The position numbers were made by a program, and so were the translations under genes. The notes below the pieces were generated by a model. That model searched no databases. It saw only the letters and a list, made by a program, of their open reading frames with translations, and was not told the DNA's origin. A DNA stretch of 61,712 nt, filler included. It is 10 parts of 10 records of this genome, joined end to end, with 100 filler letters (N's around TTAATTAATTAA, not from the genome) between each part and the next. Parts side by side here need not be neighbours in the genome. Positions count along the whole stretch, not along the records: positions 1 to 7,363 come from SRR31147125_40546; positions 7,464 to 12,795 come from SRR31147125_40567; 8 more parts are not named here. One strand, 5' to 3'. Shown here piece by piece: positions 1-10,781 of the stretch. Each line of letters begins with the position of its first letter. The first letter of the stretch is position 1.

Positions 1-974
1 GGACAGGGTAGTGCTTTGTATTTCTTTTTCTTGTTATAACTACCATCGAAGTTTATCGTAAGACTTATTTCATGGCTACCTCCGGTTGATGTTATTAAAT
101 CGTTTATCGTCATATCATAATTATAACTAAACGTATAGTATCTATACTGTACCCCTATTAAAAATATAATTGCATCGCTGGTGCTGTATTCATTTCCGGC
201 TGGCGTCCCCCTGTACCAAAGGCCAAACATTAGTGGATCTTTAAAATAATACGCCCCTAAATCTACCTGATGAAGCTGAGATTGATAATTGTATTTAAAT
301 GCAACGCTTATATAATCATCGTTGGTACGTCTTAATACGTCGCGTATTACAAATTTTTTACCCCCAAAAAGGGTGAGCCGCATATCAGTATAAGTGTTTT
401 TTTCGCTTAAGACAGGGGAAAGGTTCATTAAATGATCTATAGTGAAACCACCCCAACTAAAACTACTGTATAGTAATCCGGAGACTGCAAAATCAGCGTG
501 ATGTATGTTCTCATAGGTTAATGATTCGGAAGTTGAACCAATAAACTGAGAATCAAAAAACTGGTCGGAAAAACTTAATTTATCATAATTGATACCCCTA
601 CTGTAGTAGTAAGCTGCCAAACCTGGTTGAAAAAAAAGATCACGCATGATTTGTGTTTTGTAAGAGTATGAAAAAGTAATATCGTAGGTTACTAATTTGC
701 CAGATCCTGCATTGTCTGCGAAAAAACTCAATCCCATTCCGGTTTTATACCTCTCAAAAAAATGGTCTACAGAAAAAGAGCTCGATATAAATGTGCCTGG
801 TATTTTAGGCCACTGGTCGCGGTAGTTGCCAACCAATCTTGTTCCGTGAGTGCTACCTGCAAATGAAGGAGCCAAATAAATTGGATTTGCGTAAAACTGT
901 GAAAACTGAACATCCTGAGCTCTGAGCAAGGGAACCAGTAAAAATAATATTAAAGATGCTGTATAGAATTTCAT
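1..974 (-). CDS. PorP/SprF family type IX secretion outer-membrane protein (3' end runs off the window)
   Basis: Not in the ORF track because it has no stop codon. Manual translation from ATG at 974 gives MKFYTASLILFLLVPLLRAQDVQFSQFYANPIYLAPSFAGSTHGTRLVGNYRDQWP...KYKALPC, with the QDxxFSQFY/NP/YRxQW signature. It lies directly downstream of a type-B CTD protein. Confidence 0.9.
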   Translation of the reverse strand, partial: MKFYTASLILFLLVPLLRAQDVQFSQFYANPIYLAPSFAGSTHGTRLVGNYRDQWPKIPGTFISSSFSVDHFFERYKTGMGLSFFADNAGSGKLVTYDITFSYSYKTQIMRDLFFQPGLAAYYYSRGINYDKLSFSDQFFDSQFIGSTSESLTYENIHHADFAVSGLLYSSFSWGGFTIDHLMNLSPVLSEKNTYTDMRLTLFGGKKFVIRDVLRRTNDDYISVAFKYNYQSQLHQVDLGAYYFKDPLMFGLWYRGTPAGNEYSTSDAIIFLIGVQYRYYTFSYNYDMTINDLITSTGGSHEISLTINFDGSYNKKKKYKALPC

Positions 975-979
975 AATTA

Positions 980-3900
980 TTACTCATTAAGTAGCAATAA
1001 AACATTACCAGTCCTCTGGAACGATTTACCACTATTATATTTACCTGTAACGATATATATATAAACATCCTGAGGCAACAACCTTTCTTTATAATAACCA
1101 TCCCAACCAATATTTATATCTTTTGTTGAAAATACCATAACACCTAACCGGCTATAGATTTTCATTTCGAATTCTATTAGCTCTCCATCAACCATGATTG
1201 GGTAAAATACATCGTTAGAACGATCGTTCATACTGTAACTACCTCCCCTACTACCGCCAATGTTTGGAGTAAAAGCTTCAGGGAAAAAGAAATCGTTTCG
1301 TTTTTTCACATTAACGGCATTGTAAGTTATTAACGAATCTGTACATCCCTTTTCAGATATCACTTTTAAACCAACGTTATAGGAACCTTCATCAGCATAG
1401 GTATAAGTTGGTGCGTAACCTGTAAGAGAATTTCCATCACCAAAATACCAAATACTTGAGTCTGCTCCTTCTGAATAATTATAACAACTGATATGTTCGT
1501 CTGGTATATATACGGTATCGGGAGCTATTTCGAAAATTGCTAACGGGTTCTGGTGGATTGTTATTAATGTATCTAAAATGTTTGATGTTCCCAGTGTTGC
1601 ATAAGCTGTAAGTTTAACTGTATACTGTCCTGCCTCTGTGTATGTATGTGAAGGACTGTTCTCTGTAGATGAAGTTCCGTCTCCAAAGTCCCACTCATAT
1701 GTGCTTCCTCCAATAGTTTTATTTACAAATTTGATATTAACAGGTGGGCAACCTTCAATAGCTGAAGGTTCAAACCCAAGAACCGGGGTTTCAATATAGT
1801 TAATACTTATGTCATCTGATGTGGTGCAATTCCCATTTGTTATGGTCCAGGTAAATACATTGGCACCAGAGCCTAAATTTGCAACTATTGTCTCTACACT
1901 ATTAGGAGTTGCAATGGTTCCAGAACCTGATGTTAATTTCCATTCACCTATTCCTGAAGATGGATTGTTACCAATTAATTGGACTGAAGGATTGTTTACT
2001 GTTTCATCTTCTCCTGCATTTGCTATTTCATAATTCGATGTAATTACTACCTCATCAGAAAGTTTGCAATTGTTATAGGTAATCGTCCATCTAAAAGTAT
2101 TTTGACCAAGATCAATATTTTTTGCCAATGTTTGATTTGAATACGGTTCAACAATTACAGCGTCACCACTCACTAACGACCAATTACCAATTCCACGTGT
2201 TGGGGGAGCTGCATATAATTGTGTTGAATCGATACATAAAACCTCATCATAACCTGCAAATGGGGTGCTTGGTAAGTTGTTTGTCAAGACAAGCTCATCA
2301 TAAGAATAACACCCGTTTTTACTAATTGTCCATCGCAAAATATTTTCTCCCAATGCCAGTCCACGAACTTTACTTGTTGGGCTATTCGGTGAATCGAATT
2401 CAGCTGAACCTGAAATTAACATCCATTCACCGGTACCTACTAATGGAGTGTTCCCTGCAAGATCAGATGAATCTGCGCACAAAATCCTGTTTGGGCCGGC
2501 ATACGCTGATGTAGGAACTGTACTTGTAATCACAACCGTATCTGAGATGCTACAATCAGAGCTGGAGACTGTCCATTTAAATATATTTTCGCCTTTGGCA
2601 AGATTCCGCACGACGCTTTCGTGGTAATTGGCATTAACAAAAGAACCCGATCCTTTAATAATAGACCATTGTCCAATACCTATCGTTGCTTTGTTTGCAG
2701 CGAGGCCTGCTGTATCAGAACAAGAAACCTGGTCGCTACCTGCAGAAACATTAACAGGAAGGTTACTTGTAATATTTACTTCATCGTATGATGTACATTC
2801 GCCTTGTGTGATTGTCCAACGCAACAAATTCTTACCTACACTTAGATTTGTTAATGTAGTATTCGGATTTGTTTCATCGTTAAATGTTCCTGAGCCATCC
2901 ATTAAAATCCAGGCTCCGTTACCATATACGGGAGTGTTTCCATTTAGAATAACTTCTTTTGAACATACAGCCCTGTCAACCCCGGCAAATGCATCGGTTG
3001 GTTTATTGCTTGTAACGATAATGTCATCATGTGCTGCACAATTTTCTTGTTTTACTGTCCATCGTAATTGATTGGCTCCATTCGATAGATTAGTAACTAT
3101 TGTATTAGGAGCATTCTTATCTTCGAAGTTTGCTCCACTGGCACCTACAATACTCCATGTACCTATACCTATTGTGTTGTTGGCAGCGATTAATTCGTAC
3201 TCGTCCTCACACAGGGTGATGTCTTCTCCCGCATCTGCTGTAACAGAATTGTTGTAGATTTTAACTTCATCATGTTCAATACAACCATTTTTAGAAATAG
3301 TCCACCTGAATATGTTAAGACTGCTGGCCAGGTTACGCACAGTGGCATTCGGATTAGTTTTATCATCAAAAGTGCCAGTACCATTAATTATTGACCATAT
3401 AGCTGTACCTTCCGCCGGTTGATTAGATTGTAGCTTAATTGTGTCAACACACAGGCTTTTATCGTATCCTGCCGTCGGCGTTGTTGGTTTATTGTTAATA
3501 ATATTTACTATATCATTAGAATAACAGCTTCCTTGTGTAATAGTGTAAAGGAAGATATTTGTATCTGGGGCTAATTGAGTAACTGTATTTCCTACAAAAG
3601 TACCGGTTCCTGAAATTACACTCCACGATGCATTTCCTACTGTAGGTGTATTAGGTAGCAATACAGTAGAATCTTTACAAATTGTCTGGTCACTACCAGC
3701 ATTAGCTTTTGTTGGTGTATTATTAATTATGGTAACATAATCTTCGCTGCTACAGGTTTTATTGATTATTGTCCATTTAAGAACATTTTCGCCAGATGAA
3801 AGATTTTTTATTATGGCAGTAGGGACTGTCTCGTTGTTAAAATTACCGGAACCACCGCTTATTGTCCATTTTCCTGCTCCATATATAGGAGTATTGGCAG

Positions 3901-6900
3901 CAAGTAAAGCAGAGTCAACACACAATGTTCTGTCTGCTCCGGCATTAGCCTCGGTTACCTGGTTATTAGTGATTAATACCGAATCATATCGGGAGCTATG
4001 ATTGGACGTACTTACTGTCCAAATTAACCAGTTCTCACCAAGCCCTAAATTAGATACTTTTGTTTTTGGATCATTTACATCTTCGAATGTAGCGCTTCCG
4101 TGATTTACTTTGATACTCCATTCTCCTTGACCAATGTTTGGTACAGTAGCATTCAGCTGGGTAGTATTTGCACATATAGTTTGATCGACTCCCGCTTCAG
4201 GATCCTCATCTAAAGTGTTGGTTATTGTTACTGTATCAGAAAGGCTACAACTACCTTTTGTAACAGTCCATACAAAAACATTGTCTCCTGAAACCAGATC
4301 TGTAACCTGCGATTTTGCGTCTGTCTTATCAGAAATGCTTCCTCCTCCATTGTATATTTTCCACAAACCGGATTCACCGCTTTTGGGAGATTCAGCATCT
4401 AGGTATGTTTGTACTGATTCTAATATTTGATCCACTCCTGCATCAGGTATTACAGGTAAATTGTTCGTTAATTTTACTGTATCTAAACTTCGGCAACTAT
4501 TATTTTCAACTACCCATGCAAATGTGTTTTCTCCTCTTCCTAAATAGAGAACTTCGCTATTGGGAGAATAATTATCAACAATGGTAGCAGAAGCATTAAT
4601 AAATTCCCAGTGACCTCCGGAGGTTGGGGTTACAGCTTGCAAGTTTGTTTTATTGGAACAAATAATCTGATCGTCACCGGCATCAATAGGAACAAGATTG
4701 TTGTATATATTAACCGTATCTGAGCTAGAGCATCCGTTGGCATCGCTAACTGTCCAAACAAAGATGTTATTTCCTTTTGCAATGCCTGTTACATTTGTGT
4801 TAGGCTGCGTAAAGTTACTAAATGAGGCAGCTCCATCATATAATGTCCAGGTTCCTGATTCACCAGCCGACAAACTGGTTGCAGCCATTGTTGTCTGCTC
4901 CGAACATATTTGCTGGTTGTCTCCGGCATAAGTGTACGGAGGGGTATTTACATTGACCACCTTACTGATAGCGCCTCCTGCACCACAATTATTCTCGCCG
5001 TATACGGAAATATTATCTGTAACTGAAAGCACACTAAAATCTACCACGATCTGGCGGGTATTTTGCCCTGAAATAATGGTTGCCCCAGTTGGTAATGTCC
5101 AAACATATGTAGTTGCACCCGGAATTGCATCAACTGAATAGGTTACTCCTGTTTCATTACTACAAACACTAGCTGCACCATTGATGGTTGCAGCATCATC
5201 AGGGACTTCGTTAACATTTATATAAAAGTTTGGTGAGACAGAACCTGTTCCACAACTGTTCTCAGCGTAGACAGTAATTATTCCATCTGTAGCTGTATTA
5301 TCCGTCTCAACAGTTATTGATTCGGAATTATCACCCGAAGTGATATTAAATCCTGAAGGTATCGACCAAATGTATTTCGTAGCGTTCGCAATTTGGGGTA
5401 CAGTATATGTCAACCCGGAAGACATTTGACAAACTACATCGTCTCCGGTTATGGCAAGGGCATCTTCGGGTAATGGGTTCATAATAATATTTACGTTGCT
5501 GCCCATTATCTTTTCGCACAAAGTAGAAGTATTATAAGCACGTACAGTATATGTCCCCGCTTCTGTTTGCAATCCAAAATCAATTGGAGAGCCTGTACCC
5601 GTTACATCAATAATCAAATCTGCTCCGTCTAACCAAAGTTCATACGTTATTCCGGTTTGAGAACCAGATAATCCAACAGATAATCCGCCAGTACCTTCAC
5701 AATATGTACCACCACCAGTAACAGTGTGTTCTGTAGGTGTTTCAATAATATCAATTGTTGCGGTTTCGTGAGGACTCTCACATCCGTTTACCGATTGGGT
5801 AACATAATATGTAAAAGTACCAGGTACTGTTTGCGTAGGCTGAAAACTACTAGCTGTTGAAATAACAGAGCCTGATAGGTTCCTATACCATTTGATATTT
5901 ATCCCGGATACAGAAAAAGAGGGTATTATTTCGTTTTCGCAAGCGTCAAGATTAGCATCGACCAATACCGGGGCTGATGGAACAGATTTTATTGTATACG
6001 TGACGGCTTCTTTGCTACTTTCACATCCTTTGCTGTCTGTTTGTGAAGCAAAGTAAGTATAGGTTCCTGATGCTACATCTGTTGGAATATATGTGTTTCC
6101 TGAAGCTAAGTAGCTACCGCCTGAAGTATACCATTGTATGTTGTTTCCTATTGCATTCAAAGCTTGCCCTGCACTACCTTCACAAATAGAAGCATCTACT
6201 GTTACAGGATTATTGGGTAGGTCGTTAATGGTTAATGTTACTTCTTTGGGCATGCTAGTGCAGCCATTGCTTGCCGTTGATGTTGCATAATAGCTATGCA
6301 CTCCTGTGGCACTTTCTGTTGGGGTATATGAATTTCCTCCGGACAGGTAGCCTGTTAATGCGGAATTACTATACCATTTTACATCTGAGCCGGTTAATAC
6401 TGTAAATGCTGGATTTGCCGCCCCGTAACATACTTCCTCGTTATTGATGATAGGAGCGGAAGGCACTGTTTTATCTTCGGCAACAGTAACCGTGTATGTG
6501 GTATCACATCCATTATTAATATCAGTAATGATTAAAGAATAACCACCCGGTGCATCTACATTGGTGGCGTATGAATTAACGTTTGAAATATTGCCCAAAC
6601 CAGACCATGAATAAGTATAATCTGTATTTTGACTGGCAATTAAGGTTACAGAAGAGACAGAACACGTAATGTCCCCTGAAGGAGCAAACATGGTAATTGA
6701 AGGTGTAGACACGTTTTCGTTCACATAAACATTGGCAGAGGTAGCTGTACAGTTGTTATCCAGATTCTTTACGGTAAGAACATATATCCCTGCTTTATCA
6801 ACAATAGGTGTTTTTGTATTTGCATTAAAGATTGTACCACCACCTGAAGTATTCCATTGATAACTTACATTTGGATAGGTGGATGAACCATTAAGTTGCA

Positions 6901-7363
6901 CCGTTGGCGAACTACAAGTTATATCATTTGGAGAAATATCTACTGTAACATCAGGATATATTGTATCGATGGTTACCGTTACTGTAGATGAATTTGTGCA
7001 ATTATTACCTAAATCTGTAACAATTAAATTGTAATCTGCCGCTGCTGTTACTGTTGGGTTAGAAGTTGAAGCGCCAGAAGAAATTACTCCGCCAGGCCCG
7101 GCCGACCATGCGTATGATAGCGAAGAGCCGTCAACAGATGCTGCTGTAGCTTTCAGGCTTACCTGGGATACAGAACAGGTTAAGTCGTTAGGAGTATCTA
7201 TCTGGATAGATGGGGGTGTTATATTTTGCTCCACTGTTACGCCCCTTACGCTTGAGCATCCGTTATCGGTATTGGTTATGGTAACCACATACGTTCCGGG
7301 TTCATCTACTGTTGGATTTGTAATGTCGGTAGCTGATGTGAAATTACCATCTGATGTAGTCCA
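980..7363 (-). CDS. Giant Ig-like/PKD repeat surface protein with gliding-motility-associated (T9SS type B) C-terminal domain; 5' truncated
   Basis: At least 2102 aa, with the frame open to the contig edge (WTTSDGNF...). It has 13 AGx(D/N)-type repeats, other Cys-containing Ig repeats, PKD motifs (WDFGDG, WYFGDG) and a C-terminus FPEAFTPN...NDVF...GWDG...VYIY...GNVLLL. Confidence 0.9.
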   Translation of the reverse strand, partial: WTTSDGNFTSATDITNPTVDEPGTYVVTITNTDNGCSSVRGVTVEQNITPPSIQIDTPNDLTCSVSQVSLKATAASVDGSSLSYAWSAGPGGVISSGASTSNPTVTAAADYNLIVTDLGNNCTNSSTVTVTIDTIYPDVTVDISPNDITCSSPTVQLNGSSTYPNVSYQWNTSGGGTIFNANTKTPIVDKAGIYVLTVKNLDNNCTATSANVYVNENVSTPSITMFAPSGDITCSVSSVTLIASQNTDYTYSWSGLGNISNVNSYATNVDAPGGYSLIITDINNGCDTTYTVTVAEDKTVPSAPIINNEEVCYGAANPAFTVLTGSDVKWYSNSALTGYLSGGNSYTPTESATGVHSYYATSTASNGCTSMPKEVTLTINDLPNNPVTVDASICEGSAGQALNAIGNNIQWYTSGGSYLASGNTYIPTDVASGTYTYFASQTDSKGCESSKEAVTYTIKSVPSAPVLVDANLDACENEIIPSFSVSGINIKWYRNLSGSVISTASSFQPTQTVPGTFTYYVTQSVNGCESPHETATIDIIETPTEHTVTGGGTYCEGTGGLSVGLSGSQTGITYELWLDGADLIIDVTGTGSPIDFGLQTEAGTYTVRAYNTSTLCEKIMGSNVNIIMNPLPEDALAITGDDVVCQMSSGLTYTVPQIANATKYIWSIPSGFNITSGDNSESITVETDNTATDGIITVYAENSCGTGSVSPNFYINVNEVPDDAATINGAASVCSNETGVTYSVDAIPGATTYVWTLPTGATIISGQNTRQIVVDFSVLSVTDNISVYGENNCGAGGAISKVVNVNTPPYTYAGDNQQICSEQTTMAATSLSAGESGTWTLYDGAASFSNFTQPNTNVTGIAKGNNIFVWTVSDANGCSSSDTVNIYNNLVPIDAGDDQIICSNKTNLQAVTPTSGGHWEFINASATIVDNYSPNSEVLYLGRGENTFAWVVENNSCRSLDTVKLTNNLPVIPDAGVDQILESVQTYLDAESPKSGESGLWKIYNGGGSISDKTDAKSQVTDLVSGDNVFVWTVTKGSCSLSDTVTITNTLDEDPEAGVDQTICANTTQLNATVPNIGQGEWSIKVNHGSATFEDVNDPKTKVSNLGLGENWLIWTVSTSNHSSRYDSVLITNNQVTEANAGADRTLCVDSALLAANTPIYGAGKWTISGGSGNFNNETVPTAIIKNLSSGENVLKWTIINKTCSSEDYVTIINNTPTKANAGSDQTICKDSTVLLPNTPTVGNASWSVISGTGTFVGNTVTQLAPDTNIFLYTITQGSCYSNDIVNIINNKPTTPTAGYDKSLCVDTIKLQSNQPAEGTAIWSIINGTGTFDDKTNPNATVRNLASSLNIFRWTISKNGCIEHDEVKIYNNSVTADAGEDITLCEDEYELIAANNTIGIGTWSIVGASGANFEDKNAPNTIVTNLSNGANQLRWTVKQENCAAHDDIIVTSNKPTDAFAGVDRAVCSKEVILNGNTPVYGNGAWILMDGSGTFNDETNPNTTLTNLSVGKNLLRWTITQGECTSYDEVNITSNLPVNVSAGSDQVSCSDTAGLAANKATIGIGQWSIIKGSGSFVNANYHESVVRNLAKGENIFKWTVSSSDCSISDTVVITSTVPTSAYAGPNRILCADSSDLAGNTPLVGTGEWMLISGSAEFDSPNSPTSKVRGLALGENILRWTISKNGCYSYDELVLTNNLPSTPFAGYDEVLCIDSTQLYAAPPTRGIGNWSLVSGDAVIVEPYSNQTLAKNIDLGQNTFRWTITYNNCKLSDEVVITSNYEIANAGEDETVNNPSVQLIGNNPSSGIGEWKLTSGSGTIATPNSVETIVANLGSGANVFTWTITNGNCTTSDDISINYIETPVLGFEPSAIEGCPPVNIKFVNKTIGGSTYEWDFGDGTSSTENSPSHTYTEAGQYTVKLTAYATLGTSNILDTLITIHQNPLAIFEIAPDTVYIPDEHISCYNYSEGADSSIWYFGDGNSLTGYAPTYTYADEGSYNVGLKVISEKGCTDSLITYNAVNVKKRNDFFFPEAFTPNIGGSRGGSYSMNDRSNDVFYPIMVDGELIEFEMKIYSRLGVMVFSTKDINIGWDGYYKERLLPQDVYIYIVTGKYNSGKSFQRTGNVLLLLNE

Positions 7364-7463
7364 NNNNNNNNNNNNNNNNNNNNNNNNNNNNNNNNNNNNN
7401 NNNNNNNTTAATTAATTAANNNNNNNNNNNNNNNNNNNNNNNNNNNNNNNNNNNNNNNNNNNN
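7364..7463. other. Artificial contig spacer
   Basis: 100-bp N-run containing TTAATTAATTAA (stops in all frames). Identical spacers occur at 12796-12895, 18050-18149, 23208-23307, 32917-33016, 38289-38388, 43571-43670, 48727-48826 and 54782-54881. Confidence 0.99.
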
Positions 7464-8078
7464 AAAAGATTTTTGTTTTAATACTTCAAATGAAATACGC
7501 GATACTTCTTTAGGTTTTAAGTCTTTTCTTGCTAAAGGAAAACTTAGGATGCATAAAATCAAAGGATAAAATAAACCTAAAATTAAAAATGTTTGAGATA
7601 GTCCAATATGCGAAAGAAGTGATTCTATAATTGGAGCGAAAATAAGAGGAGAAAGTCCAAATCCAAGTAATGTGATACCTGTTAAAAAACCTAAGTGTTG
7701 ATGACTAAATTGTGCAATGACACGCAGAGGTAATGTATAAAGTATACCTATACCAATACCTATAAACACACCATAAGAAATCGTAAGCATGGTAATATTT
7801 TGACTAAAACTTGATAATATAAAGCCAAGAGAGATGCTGATCATACCAACTAAAGTCATTAAACTGGTTTTATATTTTTCAAATAAAACACCACTAAAAG
7901 CCATGGATATGGCATAAAATAATAATACAATCATAAATGGCAATCCACTTTGAGTTTTTGAAATATTGAAATAAGATTCAATATCTAATCTAAATAAAGA
8001 ATAACTATAAACGATACCTAAACAGATCATAAGTAATGTTGATAATAATACATAAACATATATGTTTTTTGTTTTCAT
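7464..8078 (-). CDS. MFS transporter, oxalate/formate antiporter (OFA)-like; 3' truncated
   Basis: Six hydrophobic helices; CLGIVYSYS, YGVFIGIGIGILY and GFLTGITLLGFGLS motifs. Confidence 0.8.
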
Positions 8079-8149
8079 AAATTCACCAGTTTCTATGTCG
8101 TATGTCTATTATTCCATAATTTCTTTTGAATATCAAACTATTTAACTAA

Positions 8150-8183
8150 AAAAGAAAAGGTGATATGGATAACATATCACCTA
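8150..8183 (-). terminator. Intrinsic terminator after gpmI
   Basis: Perfect stem AGGTGATATG / CATATCACCT followed by a T-rich tract on the minus strand. Confidence 0.75.
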
Positions 8184-8199
8184 TAAGTTTATATCAATA

Positions 8200-9732
8200 T
8201 TATTTATTTGATATTAAAGAATGACCAGTCATTTCTTTTGGTTGTTCAACGCCTAAAATATCAAGTAATGTTGGTGCAACATCACATAAAGCACCAGTAC
8301 CAACTAAAACATTAGGATCTGTTACGATAACAGGAACTAAGTTTGTTGTATGTGCTGTATGAGGGTTTCCGTTTTCATTAACCATTTTTTCAGCATTACC
8401 ATGATCTGCAATAATGATTGCAACACCGCCGATAGATTCAATGGCTTCAACAACATCTTTGGTACATGTATCAACAGTTTCAACAGCGATTCTAGCTGCT
8501 TCAACTGAACCTGTATGACCAACCATATCAGGATTAGCAAAGTTTAAGATCATTGTGTCAAATTCTCCTGATTTAATCGCTGCAACAGCTTTGTCTCTCA
8601 CTTCAAATGCACTCATTTCTGGTTTTAAATCATAAGTAGCAACTTTAGGTGATTGTACTAAGATACGTTGAGCACCTTTAAAGTTTTGTTCTTGTCCACC
8701 ATCAAAGAAGAAGGTAACATGTGCATATTTTTCAGTTTCTGCAATTCTCAGTTGTCTAAGTCCTGCATTTGCGATAACTTCACCATAAATCTTATCAAGT
8801 TTTTGTAATGGGAAAGCAATAGGACCTTTAACTGTTGCATTGTAATGCATCATAGAAACTAAGAAAATATTTTTTACCGCTTTTGAAGGATCAAATACTG
8901 GTTTTCCTTCTGTGACATAAGCTTTAGGTCCTTCAATTGGATTAGAAAAAGCAGTTGCGATTCTAATTGCTCTATCTGGTCTAAAGTTTGCAACAATGAC
9001 TGCATCATTATCACGAACTAATCCATCTTTATTTGCAACAAAAGGTATAATGAATTCATCTGTAACATCTTGATCATATGCATTTTGAATACCATCAAGT
9101 GGGTTACTAAACTGAGCGCCAGTACCCAATGTCATATTATCATAAGCTTTTTGAAGACGATCCCAGTTATTATCTCTATCCATCGCATAATAACGACCTG
9201 AAACAGTTGCAACTTGAACACCAGCATCAATTAAATCTTTTAAGAATCCTTTACCAGATTTTTGAGGTGTATCTCTACCATCCATAAATGCATGTAGCCA
9301 AGGATTTAGTCCTTTTGATTTTGCTAAATCATTAAGTGCTTTAATATGTGTCGGGTATGCATGAACGCCACCGTTTGAAACAAGTCCAAAAATATGTAAT
9401 TTTGAATTATTTTTCTTAACATAATCAATCGCATCTAAAAATGCTTTGTTTTCAAAGAAGTCTCCATCTTTGATTGATTTATTAATACGTGTAAGTGATT
9501 GATAAACGACACGTCCAGCACCTAAGTTTAAGTGACCAACTTCACTATTACCCATTTGTCCTTCAGGTAGTCCCACCGCTTCACCACTTGCTTGTAGTGT
9601 ATTGTTTGGATATTTTTTAAATGCTTCATCTAAAAATGGTTTTTTTGCAAGTGAAACAGCATTAGAATCACTTGCTGGGGCTAATCCGTAGCCATCCATA
9701 ATAATTAAACCAGCAAATCTTTTTTTGTTCAT
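8200..9732 (-). CDS. gpmI: 2,3-bisphosphoglycerate-independent phosphoglycerate mutase
   Basis: Motifs IMDGYG, QMGNSEVGH, DGRD, AETEKYAHVTFFF, NPDMVGH, ADHGNAE. Start set at ATG 9732, behind an AAGGAG ribosome-binding site. Confidence 0.97.
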   Translation of the reverse strand: MNKKRFAGLIIMDGYGLAPASDSNAVSLAKKPFLDEAFKKYPNNTLQASGEAVGLPEGQMGNSEVGHLNLGAGRVVYQSLTRINKSIKDGDFFENKAFLDAIDYVKKNNSKLHIFGLVSNGGVHAYPTHIKALNDLAKSKGLNPWLHAFMDGRDTPQKSGKGFLKDLIDAGVQVATVSGRYYAMDRDNNWDRLQKAYDNMTLGTGAQFSNPLDGIQNAYDQDVTDEFIIPFVANKDGLVRDNDAVIVANFRPDRAIRIATAFSNPIEGPKAYVTEGKPVFDPSKAVKNIFLVSMMHYNATVKGPIAFPLQKLDKIYGEVIANAGLRQLRIAETEKYAHVTFFFDGGQEQNFKGAQRILVQSPKVATYDLKPEMSAFEVRDKAVAAIKSGEFDTMILNFANPDMVGHTGSVEAARIAVETVDTCTKDVVEAIESIGGVAIIIADHGNAEKMVNENGNPHTAHTTNLVPVIVTDPNVLVGTGALCDVAPTLLDILGVEQPKEMTGHSLISNK

Positions 9733-9884
9733 AGTCTTACTCCTTATCGTGATTTTCAACTATATTATAACGCAATATCATTAACTTTAAAGTTAATAGA
9801 CAAAAAAAACGTTTTCAAATTGACAAAAATATTGCCAAATATCATAATTGTGTTACAATATGTTTGTAATTTAATATATTTATA

Positions 9885-9995
9885 AAATGCTTCGGGGCAA
9901 CGTGAAAATCGTGACCGGCGGTGATAGTCCGCGAGCCAATTGGCAGGAACTTGTGCAATTCAAGTACCGACAGTATAGTCTGGATGGAAGAAGTG
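9885..9995 (+). ncRNA. FMN riboswitch (RFN element)
   Basis: Matches the consensus CTTCGGGGCA..GTGAAA..GACCGGCGGT..AGTCCGCGAG..CCGACAGTATAGTCTGGATGGAAGAAG and sits upstream of a RibU-like gene. Confidence 0.95.
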
Positions 9996-10020
9996 AAAGT
10001 CATTTTTTGACGTTCTTTTT

Positions 10021-10049
10021 GTCGCCGAAGTAATTTGGCGATTTTTTTA
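10021..10049 (+). terminator. Riboswitch expression-platform terminator
   Basis: TCGCCGAA-GTAA-TTTGGCGA stem followed by TTTTTTT, between the FMN aptamer and the ribU ribosome-binding site. Confidence 0.8.
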
Positions 10050-10067
10050 TTCTAGGAGGTCAAACAC

Positions 10068-10700
10068 ATGTCAAATTACTTACAGTTAAAGAAGATGCTA
10101 TATATTGTTGCAGTTGCAGCAATGGCAATCGTCATCGGGTTAATCCAAATTCCTTGGATTTATGGTTTCTTAAAACTCGATTTTAGTGAGGTAGTCATAT
10201 TAGTGGCTATATTAGTTTTAGGTAGTAGAGAAGCAATGTTAGCTGCAGTGATACGATCATTGATCAGGTTAATATTTACTGGGTTAGAACCTACAAATAT
10301 ATTAGGTGAAGTTCTAGCAGTGCTTGCATCATTTTCTATCATTTTTGCATATACACTCATCAGAAAGATATTTAATAAAGATGCAAAACCATTTTTATAT
10401 GAAGTGCCAGTAAATGGAAATGGTATTCATATCAAAGAATGGATCTATACAATACTTAGTGTTACATTATCATTAACAGTCGTATTGTTAGTAGTTAATG
10501 TCTTATTTTCTACGCCAATGTATTACACATATTTTACAAATCTAACCATGTTTGGATACCTTGAAGATACAGGGCAATCACTTGCATCGTATTTATGGTT
10601 AAATATTTCAATCTATGTACCATTTAATTTAGTAAAAGGTGCTTCAGTCTCTATTGTCTTTCTACTGATTAAGATGCGGTTAAAATATTTGCAATTGTAA
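10068..10700 (+). CDS. ribU: ECF transporter S component, riboflavin transporter
   Basis: FLKLDFSEV and PFNLVKG motifs, multiple transmembrane helices, FMN riboswitch upstream. Confidence 0.88.
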   Translation: MSNYLQLKKMLYIVAVAAMAIVIGLIQIPWIYGFLKLDFSEVVILVAILVLGSREAMLAAVIRSLIRLIFTGLEPTNILGEVLAVLASFSIIFAYTLIRKIFNKDAKPFLYEVPVNGNGIHIKEWIYTILSVTLSLTVVLLVVNVLFSTPMYYTYFTNLTMFGYLEDTGQSLASYLWLNISIYVPFNLVKGASVSIVFLLIKMRLKYLQL

Positions 10701-10781
10701 AATCTAACTTTTAGCATGCAATAACGCTTTCATTATATGATATAATATATACAAAGTATAAATAATTTAATGGAGGTATTT

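Noticed and set aside
853-1110. 85-aa minus-strand ORF
   Set aside because: Out-of-frame overlap of the CTD protein end and the real porP/sprF start at 974.
1809-5141. Numerous 60-150 aa plus-strand ORFs
   Set aside because: Antisense shadows of the giant repeat protein. The same applies to the short overlapping ORFs throughout the window.
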